Shown piece after piece: positions 18,658 to 29,774 of a DNA stretch of 64,000 bases. The DNA is from a bacterium (GTDB lineage Bacteria; Hinthialibacterota; Hinthialibacteria; Hinthialibacterales; Hinthialibacteraceae): NCBI GenBank assembly GCA_963663405.2, contig CAXXSM010000022.1, positions 64,001 to 128,000 of the forward strand, read 5' to 3'. Each line of letters starts with the position of its first letter. The stretch's first letter is position 1. The notes under the pieces are model-generated. The model was not told the DNA's origin, did no database searches, and was given only the letters and a program-made list of their open reading frames with translations. The position numbers were made by a program, and so were the translations under genes.

Positions 18658-21639
18658 TTATCGTTTCTCGACGCGGCCCATGAGACAGATGACTTGATCA
18701 TAGGGATTGATCAGTTTCGTGATTTGAACATCAGGGAACTTCGTTTTTAGCAATTGTTCGTATTCCGGTGGTACCACGATAACATTGCTTCCGGCGCTCA
18801 GTTTAGGCGTTTGTTTTTCCAAATCGGTTTGCCGATACCGGGAATTGAAAACTTTCGCATTCTTGATTCCCACTTTCTCCGCCTCAAGAAAATAGGTATA
18901 GAGATTGAACGTCGCCGTCGTGTAAGGGGGATGGACAAACAAGCGATCGTTTCCGATATCGTCCGGCGTGAGGTGGTTATAAATCAGATGCTGCGTCTGC
19001 CCCATGCTTCCAATCCAGGTATCCTTGGATGGATATTTCACGAAATAGCGATAGTAATTGAGTCCAGCGATTGTGGGCAGAAGCAGGATGAGAAATCCAA
19101 CCGTCCATATCCGCCCCCATCCCCCTTCCGGATACCGCGTCCGCCTCTCACACAGTGAAGCGAGGGGCAGCGCCGCCAGCAGACAGAGACCGGGACCCGC
19201 TAATCCCACCCGGAAACTATTCGGCGCTTCAAGCGCCTTACTCACAACGCCACCCGCGACTGCGGCGAAAAACATCAGCAGCAAAGTCCGCTCGCTGGGC
19301 CGGTAGAATCGAAACGCCGCCAACCACAACCCGATCAGGAACAAGCCCCCTGTAATCGGCTCTAAAATCGGATTCCAAGGGATATTATGCCGGGGATTGT
19401 TCTCACCGGGCCGATGAAACATTGTCGCGTATTTTATGATATTCTGCTTGAGCGGTTCGAGCGATTTGGCTTCATACAGTTCGTTCGACAAACCCACCGT
19501 CTGCGCCCGTGATGTGAAAATACCTGGATTATCGATGTAATACACCCACAATGGACCAAAGACCAAAAACAGGAGGAAAAATGCGATCGCCATCTGCTTC
19601 ACGCGCAACAATCGGTCTTTCTCAAAGAACGAAAGAACAAACAACACAAGCAACGTAGCGGTGGTGATCGCGATGGGTATATACGTAAAAAAACCCAACC
19701 CAAGAAACAATCCACAAATGGCGGCGGACCGGGGGCATTTCCATTTATACGAGCGGATATAAAAAGCCACTGCGAACAAGGCGAGACAGACGTACAACTG
19801 CTGCAGCCATCCCCATCGCGCGAAGGTCACCTGCCAGGAATTCATTGCGATCAGCAGCGCCGCCAACCGGCCCGCCCACGGTCCGAATGACCATTTGCCC
19901 AAGCAATACATTGCCAACACAATCCCAAAACTCGGCGCCAGCGAAAACCATTTCACCATATAAAACGAGGCGTTAAACTGTTTTAAAATCGTTGAGATAG
20001 CAATTAAATAGAGATTGGTCACATCAAATTCATTCGCCCGGACCAGCGGCTGCGTGTGAAACGGCGGGAGGGTATCCTTCTCGAATCCAATCAATCCCTT
20101 CCAACACGAGTAAGTCTCATCGATCCACAATCCATAGGGAAGTTCATCGATGCGGTACAACCGGAAAAAAGCCGCCACAATGAAGATCAACGTCAGCCAA
20201 AAAATATCGGCAGGCAGAAAAGATTCCCGTGACCGTTTCGTGAACGCGAAGAGACAGACCAACGGTCCAATCGCCCACGGAAGAATCGGCCGCCAATCGA
20301 GTGGATAGGCCTGCGTCCAATAAAACGCCATCCAAGACAGCAGAAAACCGATTAACAAACAGACAGGCCGGCTGATAACCGAATTGGTTTTCAACTCTTC
20401 TTCGTCTTCGTCACCGAAATCGTCCTCATACTCCGCTGTTTTCATCGCGGAGGGAAACCAGGATTCTTTGCGCATCCGAGCTAGATACGCGAAAAGAAGC
20501 CCAAACGCCAGCGCGATCAAACCAGCTCTGCATAGATCTACCGCGAACATCCATGACGCCAACACCGCGAATCCAATCGACCATGCGAGGATCGATTGAG
20601 AAAACCGGTCCAACCCATTAGATACCCCACGCCGGAACCGGCCCAGGTGATTCAGCAACGGTTCCCGGAAAATGCGATAGAGAACAAAAAGCGCGATCAA
20701 GACCAGCGCGCTGACCGTCCAGATCCCGCTATGGACTAGATGATCATATCGCGGTGTACTGGTTTCTTCCTTTTCGGTCGCCGGGAAGAAATTTTCGATC
20801 GAGACAATCATCCGCTGCCGTCTCGAATCAAAAACCGCCGATGTGGTCCGGTTCAAGCCAGTCACGATGGGATAGATTTGATTCGGCCACTTGATCGCCA
20901 CAATCCGGCGTTTATCCGAATCAGCGACTAGAATGTTCCCATCCGGCAGCAGACGGATATGACGGGGATGATTTAAACCAGAAATACTTTGAAGAATCAC
21001 ATTCTGGCGATTGATTTCAATCACCCGGTGATGATCGAAATCAGAGATGAGAAACGTATCGCGCGCGGTCCGGATCGTGGCGAATGGATTGCGTAAATCG
21101 ATCTGACTTTCCCACACCACCCGGCCATTTTGAGTCATCTCCCGGATACGGTTATTCATACCTTCCGTGAGCAGGAGATTCCCATTCTCGAGATAATCGA
21201 CGTCCTGCGTGCCTTTTGGAATAGGGATCTGGCCGATCTGTAGGCCCTTCTCGTCGAGAAGCCGGGCCTGGGTCTCTCCATACCATGTCGTCATGTAAAA
21301 CGGCTGATGCCCCCGGATCGTGCTTCCATTCACGATGTCGATGTCTTGCATGTATGTTGGGCCGAAATAAGCGGAGAGACTGCCACTCGCGGGATCGAAG
21401 ATCGTTATCCCCATTCCGTCCACACCCACGGCCACACGCCCATCCGGAAATAATTCAAGATCCCGTGGAACGCCGCGCAGTCCTTGAGAGCGGCTGATAA
21501 ACGTCCCGTCGGTATCAAACACCAAGAGTTCATTCCGCGTGGAAAATAGAGATTCCTTCTGCACAGGCAGCCGGCATCCCGCCACGGTCAACAAAATCAA
21601 ACCTGCGATAACGATTCGATCGATCCGGGAACGTATCAT
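18658..21639 (-). CDS. GT39/ArnT/PMT-like (GT-C) glycosyltransferase fused to an N-terminal NHL/beta-propeller
   Basis: Lipobox-like LTVAGC; repeats LPDGNILVADSD.RRIV; FRLYRIDELPYGLWIDE and many TMs. Confidence 0.8.
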   Translation of the reverse strand: MIRSRIDRIVIAGLILLTVAGCRLPVQKESLFSTRNELLVFDTDGTFISRSQGLRGVPRDLELFPDGRVAVGVDGMGITIFDPASGSLSAYFGPTYMQDIDIVNGSTIRGHQPFYMTTWYGETQARLLDEKGLQIGQIPIPKGTQDVDYLENGNLLLTEGMNNRIREMTQNGRVVWESQIDLRNPFATIRTARDTFLISDFDHHRVIEINRQNVILQSISGLNHPRHIRLLPDGNILVADSDKRRIVAIKWPNQIYPIVTGLNRTTSAVFDSRRQRMIVSIENFFPATEKEETSTPRYDHLVHSGIWTVSALVLIALFVLYRIFREPLLNHLGRFRRGVSNGLDRFSQSILAWSIGFAVLASWMFAVDLCRAGLIALAFGLLFAYLARMRKESWFPSAMKTAEYEDDFGDEDEEELKTNSVISRPVCLLIGFLLSWMAFYWTQAYPLDWRPILPWAIGPLVCLFAFTKRSRESFLPADIFWLTLIFIVAAFFRLYRIDELPYGLWIDETYSCWKGLIGFEKDTLPPFHTQPLVRANEFDVTNLYLIAISTILKQFNASFYMVKWFSLAPSFGIVLAMYCLGKWSFGPWAGRLAALLIAMNSWQVTFARWGWLQQLYVCLALFAVAFYIRSYKWKCPRSAAICGLFLGLGFFTYIPIAITTATLLVLFVLSFFEKDRLLRVKQMAIAFFLLFLVFGPLWVYYIDNPGIFTSRAQTVGLSNELYEAKSLEPLKQNIIKYATMFHRPGENNPRHNIPWNPILEPITGGLFLIGLWLAAFRFYRPSERTLLLMFFAAVAGGVVSKALEAPNSFRVGLAGPGLCLLAALPLASLCERRTRYPEGGWGRIWTVGFLILLLPTIAGLNYYRYFVKYPSKDTWIGSMGQTQHLIYNHLTPDDIGNDRLFVHPPYTTATFNLYTYFLEAEKVGIKNAKVFNSRYRQTDLEKQTPKLSAGSNVIVVPPEYEQLLKTKFPDVQITKLINPYDQVICLMGRVEKR

Positions 21640-21939
21640 TCCATCCTCATTCCTAACGAGTGTTAAAAATCCTGCAACGTATGTTTATGAAGAATCTTTC
21701 GAGTTTATGACAAGAATTGATTCCACGCAACCCAATCCAAAGCGCCACAATTTTCATTCAGATGGAAGTTATACAGTAACTTTCTATCCTTCAAAAAATA
21801 GCGTTGATCGAATTCTCACAAATCTGGTATAATTCAGTTTTATCAAGCAGAACTGTATTTCCACCACACCGTCAAAAGACAAAAGAATAGAGGAGAATCT
21901 GCTGACACATTCTCATAATATATTTGGAGGTTCAACACT

Positions 21940-22404
21940 ATGCCTACGCTCGAAGAAGGGAAAGCCGCCCCCAGTTTTACACTACCCGCCAGCACAGGAG
22001 AGAAAATCTCACTCAATGATTACAAAGGGGAAAAGAACGTCGTGCTCTTTTTCTATCCACGGGACAACACGCCGGGCTGCACAACGGAAGCCTGCTCGTT
22101 TCGGGATAATCTAAGCGCGTTTGAGGAGAAAGACACAGTCGTATTGGGAATCAGCCGGGACAGCCTCGCCTCACACGATAAGTTTATCAACAAACACAGT
22201 CTGCCGTTTCCCTTACTGAGCGACGAAAAAGAAACGGTCTGCGAGAAATATGGGGTGATGAAGGATAAAAACATGTACGGCAAAAAGGTACGGGGAATCG
22301 AACGAAGCACCTTTATCATCGGCAAAGACGGAAAGATCAAAAAAATCTTCCGGAAAGTCAAAGTGGAAGGGCACATTGAAGAAGCGCTGAAGGCGCTGGA
22401 TTGA
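21940..22404 (+). CDS. bcp: Thioredoxin-dependent thiol peroxidase Bcp
   Basis: FYPRDNTPGCTTEACSFRD, GIERSTFII. Confidence 0.95.
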   Translation: MPTLEEGKAAPSFTLPASTGEKISLNDYKGEKNVVLFFYPRDNTPGCTTEACSFRDNLSAFEEKDTVVLGISRDSLASHDKFINKHSLPFPLLSDEKETVCEKYGVMKDKNMYGKKVRGIERSTFIIGKDGKIKKIFRKVKVEGHIEEALKALD

Positions 22405-22412
22405 AACAAAAC

Positions 22413-22436
22413 AGGGGCGCTCCAAAGAACGCCCCG
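22413..22436. terminator. Hairpin between convergent bcp and aminotransferase genes
   Basis: GGGGCG...CGCCCC stem. Confidence 0.5.
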
Positions 22437-22461
22437 TCTTCATTGTTTATGAATACGTTAT

Positions 22462-23820
22462 TTACTTTGCCAGATCCAAAGTGGCTTTTTCAAGACTCTG
22501 GCACATTTCGGGAATATCCGCGCTTTCGACGCCGCAGAACGCGAGCCGGATCCCATTGATCGAGCCGATTTCGACCGGCACTGTGCCGACCTGGTAGGTC
22601 TTCAATAGGTGATCACTTATATCCGACGCTTTCAATCCCGCTTTAGGAGCGATGTTCAAAAAACAGAAGAATCCACCTTGGAAAGGATCGGGAATGAGAA
22701 GATCAGTTTTCAATTTCGCCAGTTCTTCTTTAATCAAGTGATAGCGTTCGCCCAATAGATCAACCGTTTTCTTCCGTTCCTTCAAGACCTGATCGATATT
22801 CTGAAGCGCTTTTAAGGCCGCTGACTGCGCGGGCATGGAGCAGTTGGAGACCGTGTTGCGGTTCACGCCTCGGAATTTATTCTCAATCTCCGCGACGAGA
22901 TCGTTTCGATCGACCGATTCGAACCATTCATCCGGACAGGCGATCGAGATCGCGCCGATGCGGGCGCCGTACCAGAGCAGTTCTTTGCTAATCCCGTCCA
23001 TTTTGATTGGCAGTAAATTGGGGCGGGGCTCTAATTTATAGAAGAGCGAATATGGTTCCGCGTCCTCATCATACACATACCCTTCATACGCGTCGTCAAA
23101 GAGGATCACGAGTTTTTGGTTTGTGCTCTCCACGAGTTCATCAACGGCTTTGATGAATTCCGGAACCGCCTGTTTCGGTGGACAGTACCCTGTCGGATTG
23201 TTTGGGAAGTTCAACATCACCACTGCGACATCCTGCGTCTCCCAGACTTTTTTTATGGAATCAGCCATTCCTTCGATGTTGAAATCCTGACCGAGGAATG
23301 TTGGAAATTCTTCAATCTTCACACCCACATTACGCAGAAAGACGTTATCATAATTTTCCCAGCGTTTATCAGGCACGATAATCGCGTCCCCTGGATTGAC
23401 GAACATCCGCGTGCAAATACCAATCGCGCCGGTAATCCCTGGCACAACCATTGGATCGAAAACCTGGCGGTCCAGCCGTTCTTTTTCTGCGCCCGCTTTG
23501 CTCAACAGCCATTCTTTCCACGCTTTTCGAAACGCCACGACCCCGATTTCCGGCGCGTAAGGAAACAGTTCTTCGGTGCTTAGATCTTCATCGTCGAAAT
23601 ATTTACGCACGGAGGGGATACAGGCGGTGATTTTTTTATCGGCGCCGCCGTCAAAGATCTGGTTTTCCCGGGCTTTGGCGGAGCCGATCGTGGCGTTGAT
23701 TTTCGCTTCATTTTTTGAACGGCCGACCCAATAAAAAATTCCAGTGGGATTGAAAATCATCTTCCCGTAATCCGAGAAGAAATCCATCGCGCCACATTGC
23801 TTCATCGCTGTGAATTCCAT
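22462..23820 (-). CDS. PLP-dependent aminotransferase class I/II
   Basis: NATIG, LNFPNNPTGY, DDAY, KMDGISKE...YGARIG. Confidence 0.9.
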   Translation of the reverse strand: MEFTAMKQCGAMDFFSDYGKMIFNPTGIFYWVGRSKNEAKINATIGSAKARENQIFDGGADKKITACIPSVRKYFDDEDLSTEELFPYAPEIGVVAFRKAWKEWLLSKAGAEKERLDRQVFDPMVVPGITGAIGICTRMFVNPGDAIIVPDKRWENYDNVFLRNVGVKIEEFPTFLGQDFNIEGMADSIKKVWETQDVAVVMLNFPNNPTGYCPPKQAVPEFIKAVDELVESTNQKLVILFDDAYEGYVYDEDAEPYSLFYKLEPRPNLLPIKMDGISKELLWYGARIGAISIACPDEWFESVDRNDLVAEIENKFRGVNRNTVSNCSMPAQSAALKALQNIDQVLKERKKTVDLLGERYHLIKEELAKLKTDLLIPDPFQGGFFCFLNIAPKAGLKASDISDHLLKTYQVGTVPVEIGSINGIRLAFCGVESADIPEMCQSLEKATLDLAK

Positions 23821-24097
23821 TTCATTCCTCCAAAAATAATAAACTTATAACAATATTAAAATGTATTCTCCCGCCCGGATTGATCCGGTCAACCCATGCG
23901 CCCCTGAAAATACGCAGGAACGGATTAAAAACGAATTTTTTACCCCATCCCGCCTTTTCCCACCATGACATACATCCCAAATTCACGTAAAGGTTCTTTC
24001 CCACTCCATAAAACAAAGAGCGTGACAGATCGTGGGAAAGGAGATTTAATACCACTCATCAATCAATGAAGACCGATAAACGCAAGGCAGGACACTA

Positions 24098-25174
24098 GTG
24101 AACTACGAAAAACGCATCCAAGCCATCCAACACAAATTAGACAAGGAAGGAGCCGATTGGTTCTTCGTCAACAATCTACACAACATCCGCTATCTATCCG
24201 GTTACAGCGGCAGCTATGCGATGCTGCTTCTATCAAAGGACAAACGGTTTATCCTGACCGATGGACGCTACCAAGAACAAGTCAAGAATGAAGTCAATGA
24301 ATTCGAACCAGTAATCCAAGGGAACCGGAAAGAACTTGAAGTCATCTCTGAGACAGCCGGGGATTTAGATCAATGCGAAGTATGGTTCGAATGCAAGCAT
24401 ACCAGTTATTCCCGCTGTTATGATCTGCAGGAAAAAATCCCCGCGAAACGCTACATGGGAAAAGAGAACATAGTCGAGGGATTGCGCGTCAAAAAAGATC
24501 GAGACGAGATCAAAGAAATGAAAAAAGCGCTCCAGATCGCCGAACGCGCATTGGAACAGACACTGCCCACCATTCAAGAAGGTATGACGGAACGCGAATT
24601 AGCGCACGAACTCGAACATGAAATGTGGAAACTGGGCGCGGAAAAAGAAGCGTTCGAAACGCTGGTTCTCTTTGGTGCGCGTTCCTCCCTTCCTCATGGA
24701 AAACCGTCTGACAACCGTCTTCAATCCGGTGATGTGATCCTCATGGATTTCGGCTGTGTTTGGCATGGCTACTGTTCCGATATCACGCGAACCGTCTTTT
24801 TCGGTGAACCGGCGCCGGAACTGAAAGAGATGTACGAGTTGGTCCTCCGGGCGAACTTGAGCGCCGAAGAAAAGATCAAAGCGGGCGTCGACAGCATAAC
24901 CGCCGATAAATACGCCCGCGATGTGATGGAAGATGCGGGAAAAAAGGACCTTTTCATCCACGGTCTCGGTCACGGTCTCGGCCTCGAAGTGCACGAATCC
25001 CCCCGCTTCTCACCAATCGTCGAGCAGACCATCGAGGCGGGCGCCGTCGTTACCGTCGAACCAGGTCTCTATCAACCCGATCTGGGAGGCATCCGCATTG
25101 AAGACACTATCGTGGTTAAAAAGAATGGGTGTGAGGTATTGAACAAATCACCCAAAGAAATGATTGTTTTATAG
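24098..25174 (+). CDS. Xaa-Pro aminopeptidase (M24)
   Basis: TDGRY, DFG...GYCSDITRT, HGLGHGLGLEVHE, TVEPG.Y, GIRIED. Confidence 0.95.
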   Translation: MNYEKRIQAIQHKLDKEGADWFFVNNLHNIRYLSGYSGSYAMLLLSKDKRFILTDGRYQEQVKNEVNEFEPVIQGNRKELEVISETAGDLDQCEVWFECKHTSYSRCYDLQEKIPAKRYMGKENIVEGLRVKKDRDEIKEMKKALQIAERALEQTLPTIQEGMTERELAHELEHEMWKLGAEKEAFETLVLFGARSSLPHGKPSDNRLQSGDVILMDFGCVWHGYCSDITRTVFFGEPAPELKEMYELVLRANLSAEEKIKAGVDSITADKYARDVMEDAGKKDLFIHGLGHGLGLEVHESPRFSPIVEQTIEAGAVVTVEPGLYQPDLGGIRIEDTIVVKKNGCEVLNKSPKEMIVL

Positions 25175-25178
25175 GGGA

Positions 25179-25270
25179 TTAGGTTGAAGGCTGAAGACTG
25201 AAGGGAAGGCCAATGGAGCGCGGGCGTCCCGCCCGTGAATTTAAATGGGACGCGGGCATCCCGTCCGTGA
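25179..25270 (+). repeat. Intergenic repeat cluster: heptameric (TGAAG) run plus two REP-like palindromes
   Basis: TTAGGTTGAAGGCTGAAGACTGAAGG; GCGCGGGCGTCCCGCCCGTGA and ACGCGGGCATCCCGTCCGTGA. Confidence 0.6.
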
Positions 25271-25278
25271 CCTAAGAG

Positions 25279-25478
25279 TTCCGTACAAATTCAAACGTAA
25301 TCCGATGATTCTCCGAAACAGACAAAATCCGCTGGGCGCCCAGGGCAAGGTTTTTTTCTGCCCTGGCGTAATTCCAAACCACATTCGAATAGCGCAATAA
25401 TCCATATCCATCGTATTTCATCCATTCCGCACAAGTTCAAACGTAATCCGGTGATTCTCCGACACAGACAAAATCCGC
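25279..25478. repeat. 54-bp direct repeat duplicating the 3' end of the GntR gene
   Basis: 25279-25332 vs 25425-25478, 4 mismatches. Confidence 0.9.
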
Positions 25479-26155
25479 AAAAACGCCACAACACGATTGT
25501 TCGATGTGTATAGAATCCTATCCAACAGTAGCGCGGGAGACTCTTCCTCCACTTTCAACAGCGCCGCTTCCCGTTCCTCCAGTGTTGTAATTTCGATCGA
25601 ATCGGCGCAGCGGGTGATGGGAATTTGGTTTTTCACCGCAATTAAGTCAAAGAGAGAACTGGCCCGGAGATCTTCAATTGGCAAACCGGGACACAAATCG
25701 TTTGAAACATACGCCGTTTCCAAGACGACAGGGCTCTCGTTAATCGACCGCAACCTTACGATTTTGAACACTTGGTTCTTTATCTCCACCGAAAAAAACT
25801 CGTTTAGATCCAATGGCGGGGAGGTGGACATTTTCTGGATCACCTCTGTCTCCCACTCCGAACCATAATCCAGAATCTTCTCCGTCATCAGCGTGGAGAG
25901 CCAGACGCCTTCCGCTTCAACGGGTTTCTGAACAAACGTTCCTTTTCCGGGGATTTTGCGGACGTATCCTTTTCGGACCATCTCCTGCATCGCCGTTCGT
26001 ACCACGGACTTGCTGACGCCCTGCTGTTTGCATAACAGGTCTTCCGTCGGCAGTTGTTCGCCTACTTTCAGTTCGTTTCGCTCAATCGCATCGTAAAGAA
26101 TATCAACAAGTTGCAGGTATAATTTGCGGGGATTTTGGCGATCGATAATCCTCAT
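25418..26155 (-). CDS. GntR-family (HutC/UTRA) transcriptional regulator
   Basis: LYLQL...GEQLPTEDLL....GVSKSVVR.AM...GKGTFV; UTRA-like C-terminus. Confidence 0.92.
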   Translation of the reverse strand: MRIIDRQNPRKLYLQLVDILYDAIERNELKVGEQLPTEDLLCKQQGVSKSVVRTAMQEMVRKGYVRKIPGKGTFVQKPVEAEGVWLSTLMTEKILDYGSEWETEVIQKMSTSPPLDLNEFFSVEIKNQVFKIVRLRSINESPVVLETAYVSNDLCPGLPIEDLRASSLFDLIAVKNQIPITRCADSIEITTLEEREAALLKVEEESPALLLDRILYTSNNRVVAFLRILSVSENHRITFELVRNG

Positions 26156-26354
26156 AATATTATAAATTCCTAATCGTTTTAGAATGTATCTTAAAGAGCG
26201 CGATTCAACGTGTCAATCAGTGAAATCCATCCATCACGTGGAATCCTTCAAAAATGTAAAAATAGGTTCCTGATCCTTAGAGAATCCGCGCCAATTCATC
26301 TATAATGAACCGGCGAAATGAATCATAGAAATCTATGAGAGGTAGGAACGAATC

Positions 26355-27254
<900 letters not shown>

Positions 27255-27278
27255 TACCTCTTTGGTTAATCTTCATTT

Positions 27279-27314
27279 GTGGTGGGCTACGCTTCGCTCT
27301 TAGCCCACCCTACG
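27279..27314 (-). repeat. GTAG-type REP-like hairpin
   Basis: GGTGGGCTA...TAGCCCACCCTAC; related copy TAGGGTGG...CCCACC at about 39050-39078. Confidence 0.55.
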
Positions 27315-27422
27315 ACTGCTACCACTACCTAATGGAAAACAACCAGCTTCGCTTTTCCCTGATGAATTAAAACAAATACTCGGGTAAAATCATTACAGAA
27401 ACAGAATTGAAGGAGAAGAACA

Positions 27423-27617
27423 ATGAATCAAATCGTCATTGAAATTCCCGAGTTCCAGGACGTTAAGTTTCAGGCAAAAGATATAGATGACGCAATTAGA
27501 AAATTGCGCGAATTAGATAAAGCCCAAGGCGATAAAATCCTTGAAATCATTAAACGATACGAAGGAATCGCTCCCTCTGACGCAACAATCGACGAAGAGG
27601 AGTGGTACCGGCAATGA
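27423..27617 (+). CDS. Putative VapB-type antitoxin
   Basis: 64 aa, acidic tail EEEWYRQ, ATGA overlap with the PIN toxin gene. Confidence 0.65.
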   Translation: MNQIVIEIPEFQDVKFQAKDIDDAIRKLRELDKAQGDKILEIIKRYEGIAPSDATIDEEEWYRQ

Positions 27618-28041
27618 AAATTTTTCTGGATTCTTCGATTCTGATTGAATACATAAAAGGAACCAGGAAAGATTTATTGAAAGCAATCATGGGTCAGCCT
27701 TTTCGCTTTTCTCCGCGCATCAATCATATTGTCTATAGCGAATTCATGTATCATTATCTCGCCTTGCTATCTAAAAAATCACCTTTGGCCTTGAAAGAAT
27801 CCAGAAGAATTACGGAAATTTTGGAAAAGCACGATCCGATAGGCTTTGTACAACAGATTCCTTTCTTGGTAATGGATAATGAAGAATTTATGACGAGCTA
27901 CGCTCTCATGAAAAAGTACAACATGCTGCCACGCCTTGATCCTAGCGAGTTGTAAACGGCACGGTATTTCTTTTCTTGCAACGTACGATAAAGACTTTGC
28001 CGACGTTTGCCCTCCAGAAAACATAACCATCATTGATACGG
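27614..28041 (+). pseudogene. vapC: VapC/PIN toxin, frameshifted near 27931 and interrupted at its 3' end by an IS
   Basis: MKIFLDSSILIEY...SE...; LP(ND)ALILASC..GI..LATYDKDF continues in the +1 frame; C-terminal VEALCQIP* found at 30375-30403. Confidence 0.82.
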
Positions 28042-29757
28042 TCAGGCCTCCTGATCTGGGGGATATTGATCTGACACCAATTGGTAAACGAGACGTAGAT
28101 TCGTGCCAGGATAAATGGTTTCGGTTTCATTCAATTGAGCGGCCAAATGACGGGCGGCTTGATCGGAAAGGCGGTTGGTCAAGTGATGGAGCCGAACCGT
28201 GAGAATCTCTTTTTCTTCATCGGGAATCAGATCCGCCTCGGTGGTCATGATTTCCCGCGCCAACGAACGCGCATCGTCTCCCCGGCTCAGCACCTCCCGC
28301 AGGATTGCCACCATCGCCGTTTCCGCCCGATACGCAATCATTCGAATCGTATCCATGAATTGTTTCTTCGCTGGAGCCAATTGGTGAAATTTTGCCTCCT
28401 CTGGCAAGTCCACAAACGCGATATGCTTTTTCGTTTGCTTCCGGCTCCGCTTGAACTCATCGAGTTGTTTCTCCATCCCTCCGATCTCTTCAAGGAGGGC
28501 GCCTTTCTGGATTTCATAGCATTCGATCTCTTTCGGATCGGAGGATTCCTTTAGGACAAGGGCGCCGAATTCCGCTTGCTTTCGAGTCTTTTTCCCCGCC
28601 AGGCTTTTGATCTGACTTTCCAATTTCCGATAGGCCGGATTCACCACTTTCATCGTCTCATCCGGCAAGACCGTTTCATACCCGATAAGTCCATCTAAAT
28701 GAAAGTGTTCCATCATGTACCGAAAGAAGTTTTCCTGACACCAACGCGCGAACATATGCGCCGCCAGTTGACTCGCATCCGATGTATAATCCGTACTGAT
28801 CACAGCGGTTTGATGCCCTGTATCCCCCAACTTGCGAATCTCCCGCACCCAGATTTTTCCTCCCAGAAAGACGCCTCTCTCGGCCAAGCGCATCGGCGAT
28901 TCATGCCCACCAGGCAGACGCACATTCACTGTCTCGAATTCTGAAACTGGCCAATCTTCTCCCTGAAACTTGCGGTACGTTTGACACGCGATCCGCGAAT
29001 CCCACATCTGAGCGAAGAACTCAGGGCTATAGCCTTCCCGGTCGAACACCAGGATGAACCGGTGGAAATAAGGATTGGATTCGAGGGTTTCGGCTGTGGG
29101 TTGATGGGGAACATCTTTTAGCAACTGTGGAACAATGTCTTGTTTGAGCCGATCCAACAAGCCGGTGGTGAATGGAGTGCTCACCACAAAGAAGGGGCGG
29201 CCTTCGCCGTCGTTCACCCAATAGTCGGTGAGTCCACGCAAACATAATCGTTGACGCGCGACATAGCGGCGGGGCAGTTTCGTTTGCGAACCGTGATAGA
29301 CGCGGACATGACCATCGACATATAAAACGCCCGCCGCGTCCGGATCCGCCTCCATCCACTCCCGGGACAATTCGTCCCCCCATTCTTTGATCTGGTCTGG
29401 TTGGGCGAGAATTTTGATTTTTTCCCGCAGGGTCCGCACTTCGGGAATTCGATCTAAGCCCAGTAACTTGCCCCCTTCCCCCGCGGGATGATAGCGCAAC
29501 TGTTCCGGCGTTTTGATCCGCGTCAACGCCATGAAAGCCAACACAATAAAAATGTGGACGCAACTGTAAAATCCTTTGGGGAGAGAAAAGTTCTTCGAGA
29601 CATTCTTCAGCAGCCCGTTGGCGAGTAACGCGGGCATCGCCCATAACACGCCGCCTTGCGCCACATCCAATTCCGTCTCGAAACGAGTCGGGGCTTCCTC
29701 CAACTGCCCGGTCGCCGCGCAGACCCGCTCCACCATTCGCGTACAGCCCATCCCCAT
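28042..29757 (-). CDS. Putative DDE transposase (OrfB; fused to OrfA by -1 frameshift)
   Basis: LYVDGHVRVY, VFDREGYS, RWCQENFFRY (D..D..E); stop codon lies in the terminal IR. Confidence 0.85.
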   Translation of the reverse strand: MGMGCTRMVERVCAATGQLEEAPTRFETELDVAQGGVLWAMPALLANGLLKNVSKNFSLPKGFYSCVHIFIVLAFMALTRIKTPEQLRYHPAGEGGKLLGLDRIPEVRTLREKIKILAQPDQIKEWGDELSREWMEADPDAAGVLYVDGHVRVYHGSQTKLPRRYVARQRLCLRGLTDYWVNDGEGRPFFVVSTPFTTGLLDRLKQDIVPQLLKDVPHQPTAETLESNPYFHRFILVFDREGYSPEFFAQMWDSRIACQTYRKFQGEDWPVSEFETVNVRLPGGHESPMRLAERGVFLGGKIWVREIRKLGDTGHQTAVISTDYTSDASQLAAHMFARWCQENFFRYMMEHFHLDGLIGYETVLPDETMKVVNPAYRKLESQIKSLAGKKTRKQAEFGALVLKESSDPKEIECYEIQKGALLEEIGGMEKQLDEFKRSRKQTKKHIAFVDLPEEAKFHQLAPAKKQFMDTIRMIAYRAETAMVAILREVLSRGDDARSLAREIMTTEADLIPDEEKEILTVRLHHLTNRLSDQAARHLAAQLNETETIYPGTNLRLVYQLVSDQYPPDQEA

Positions 29758-29774
29758 CGCCGCTTGGCTGTCTT

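Noticed and set aside
25279-25478. Diversity-generating retroelement TR/VR pair
   Set aside because: Mismatches are not adenine-specific on the coding strand, are mostly synonymous, the repeat is short, and no reverse transcriptase is in the window.
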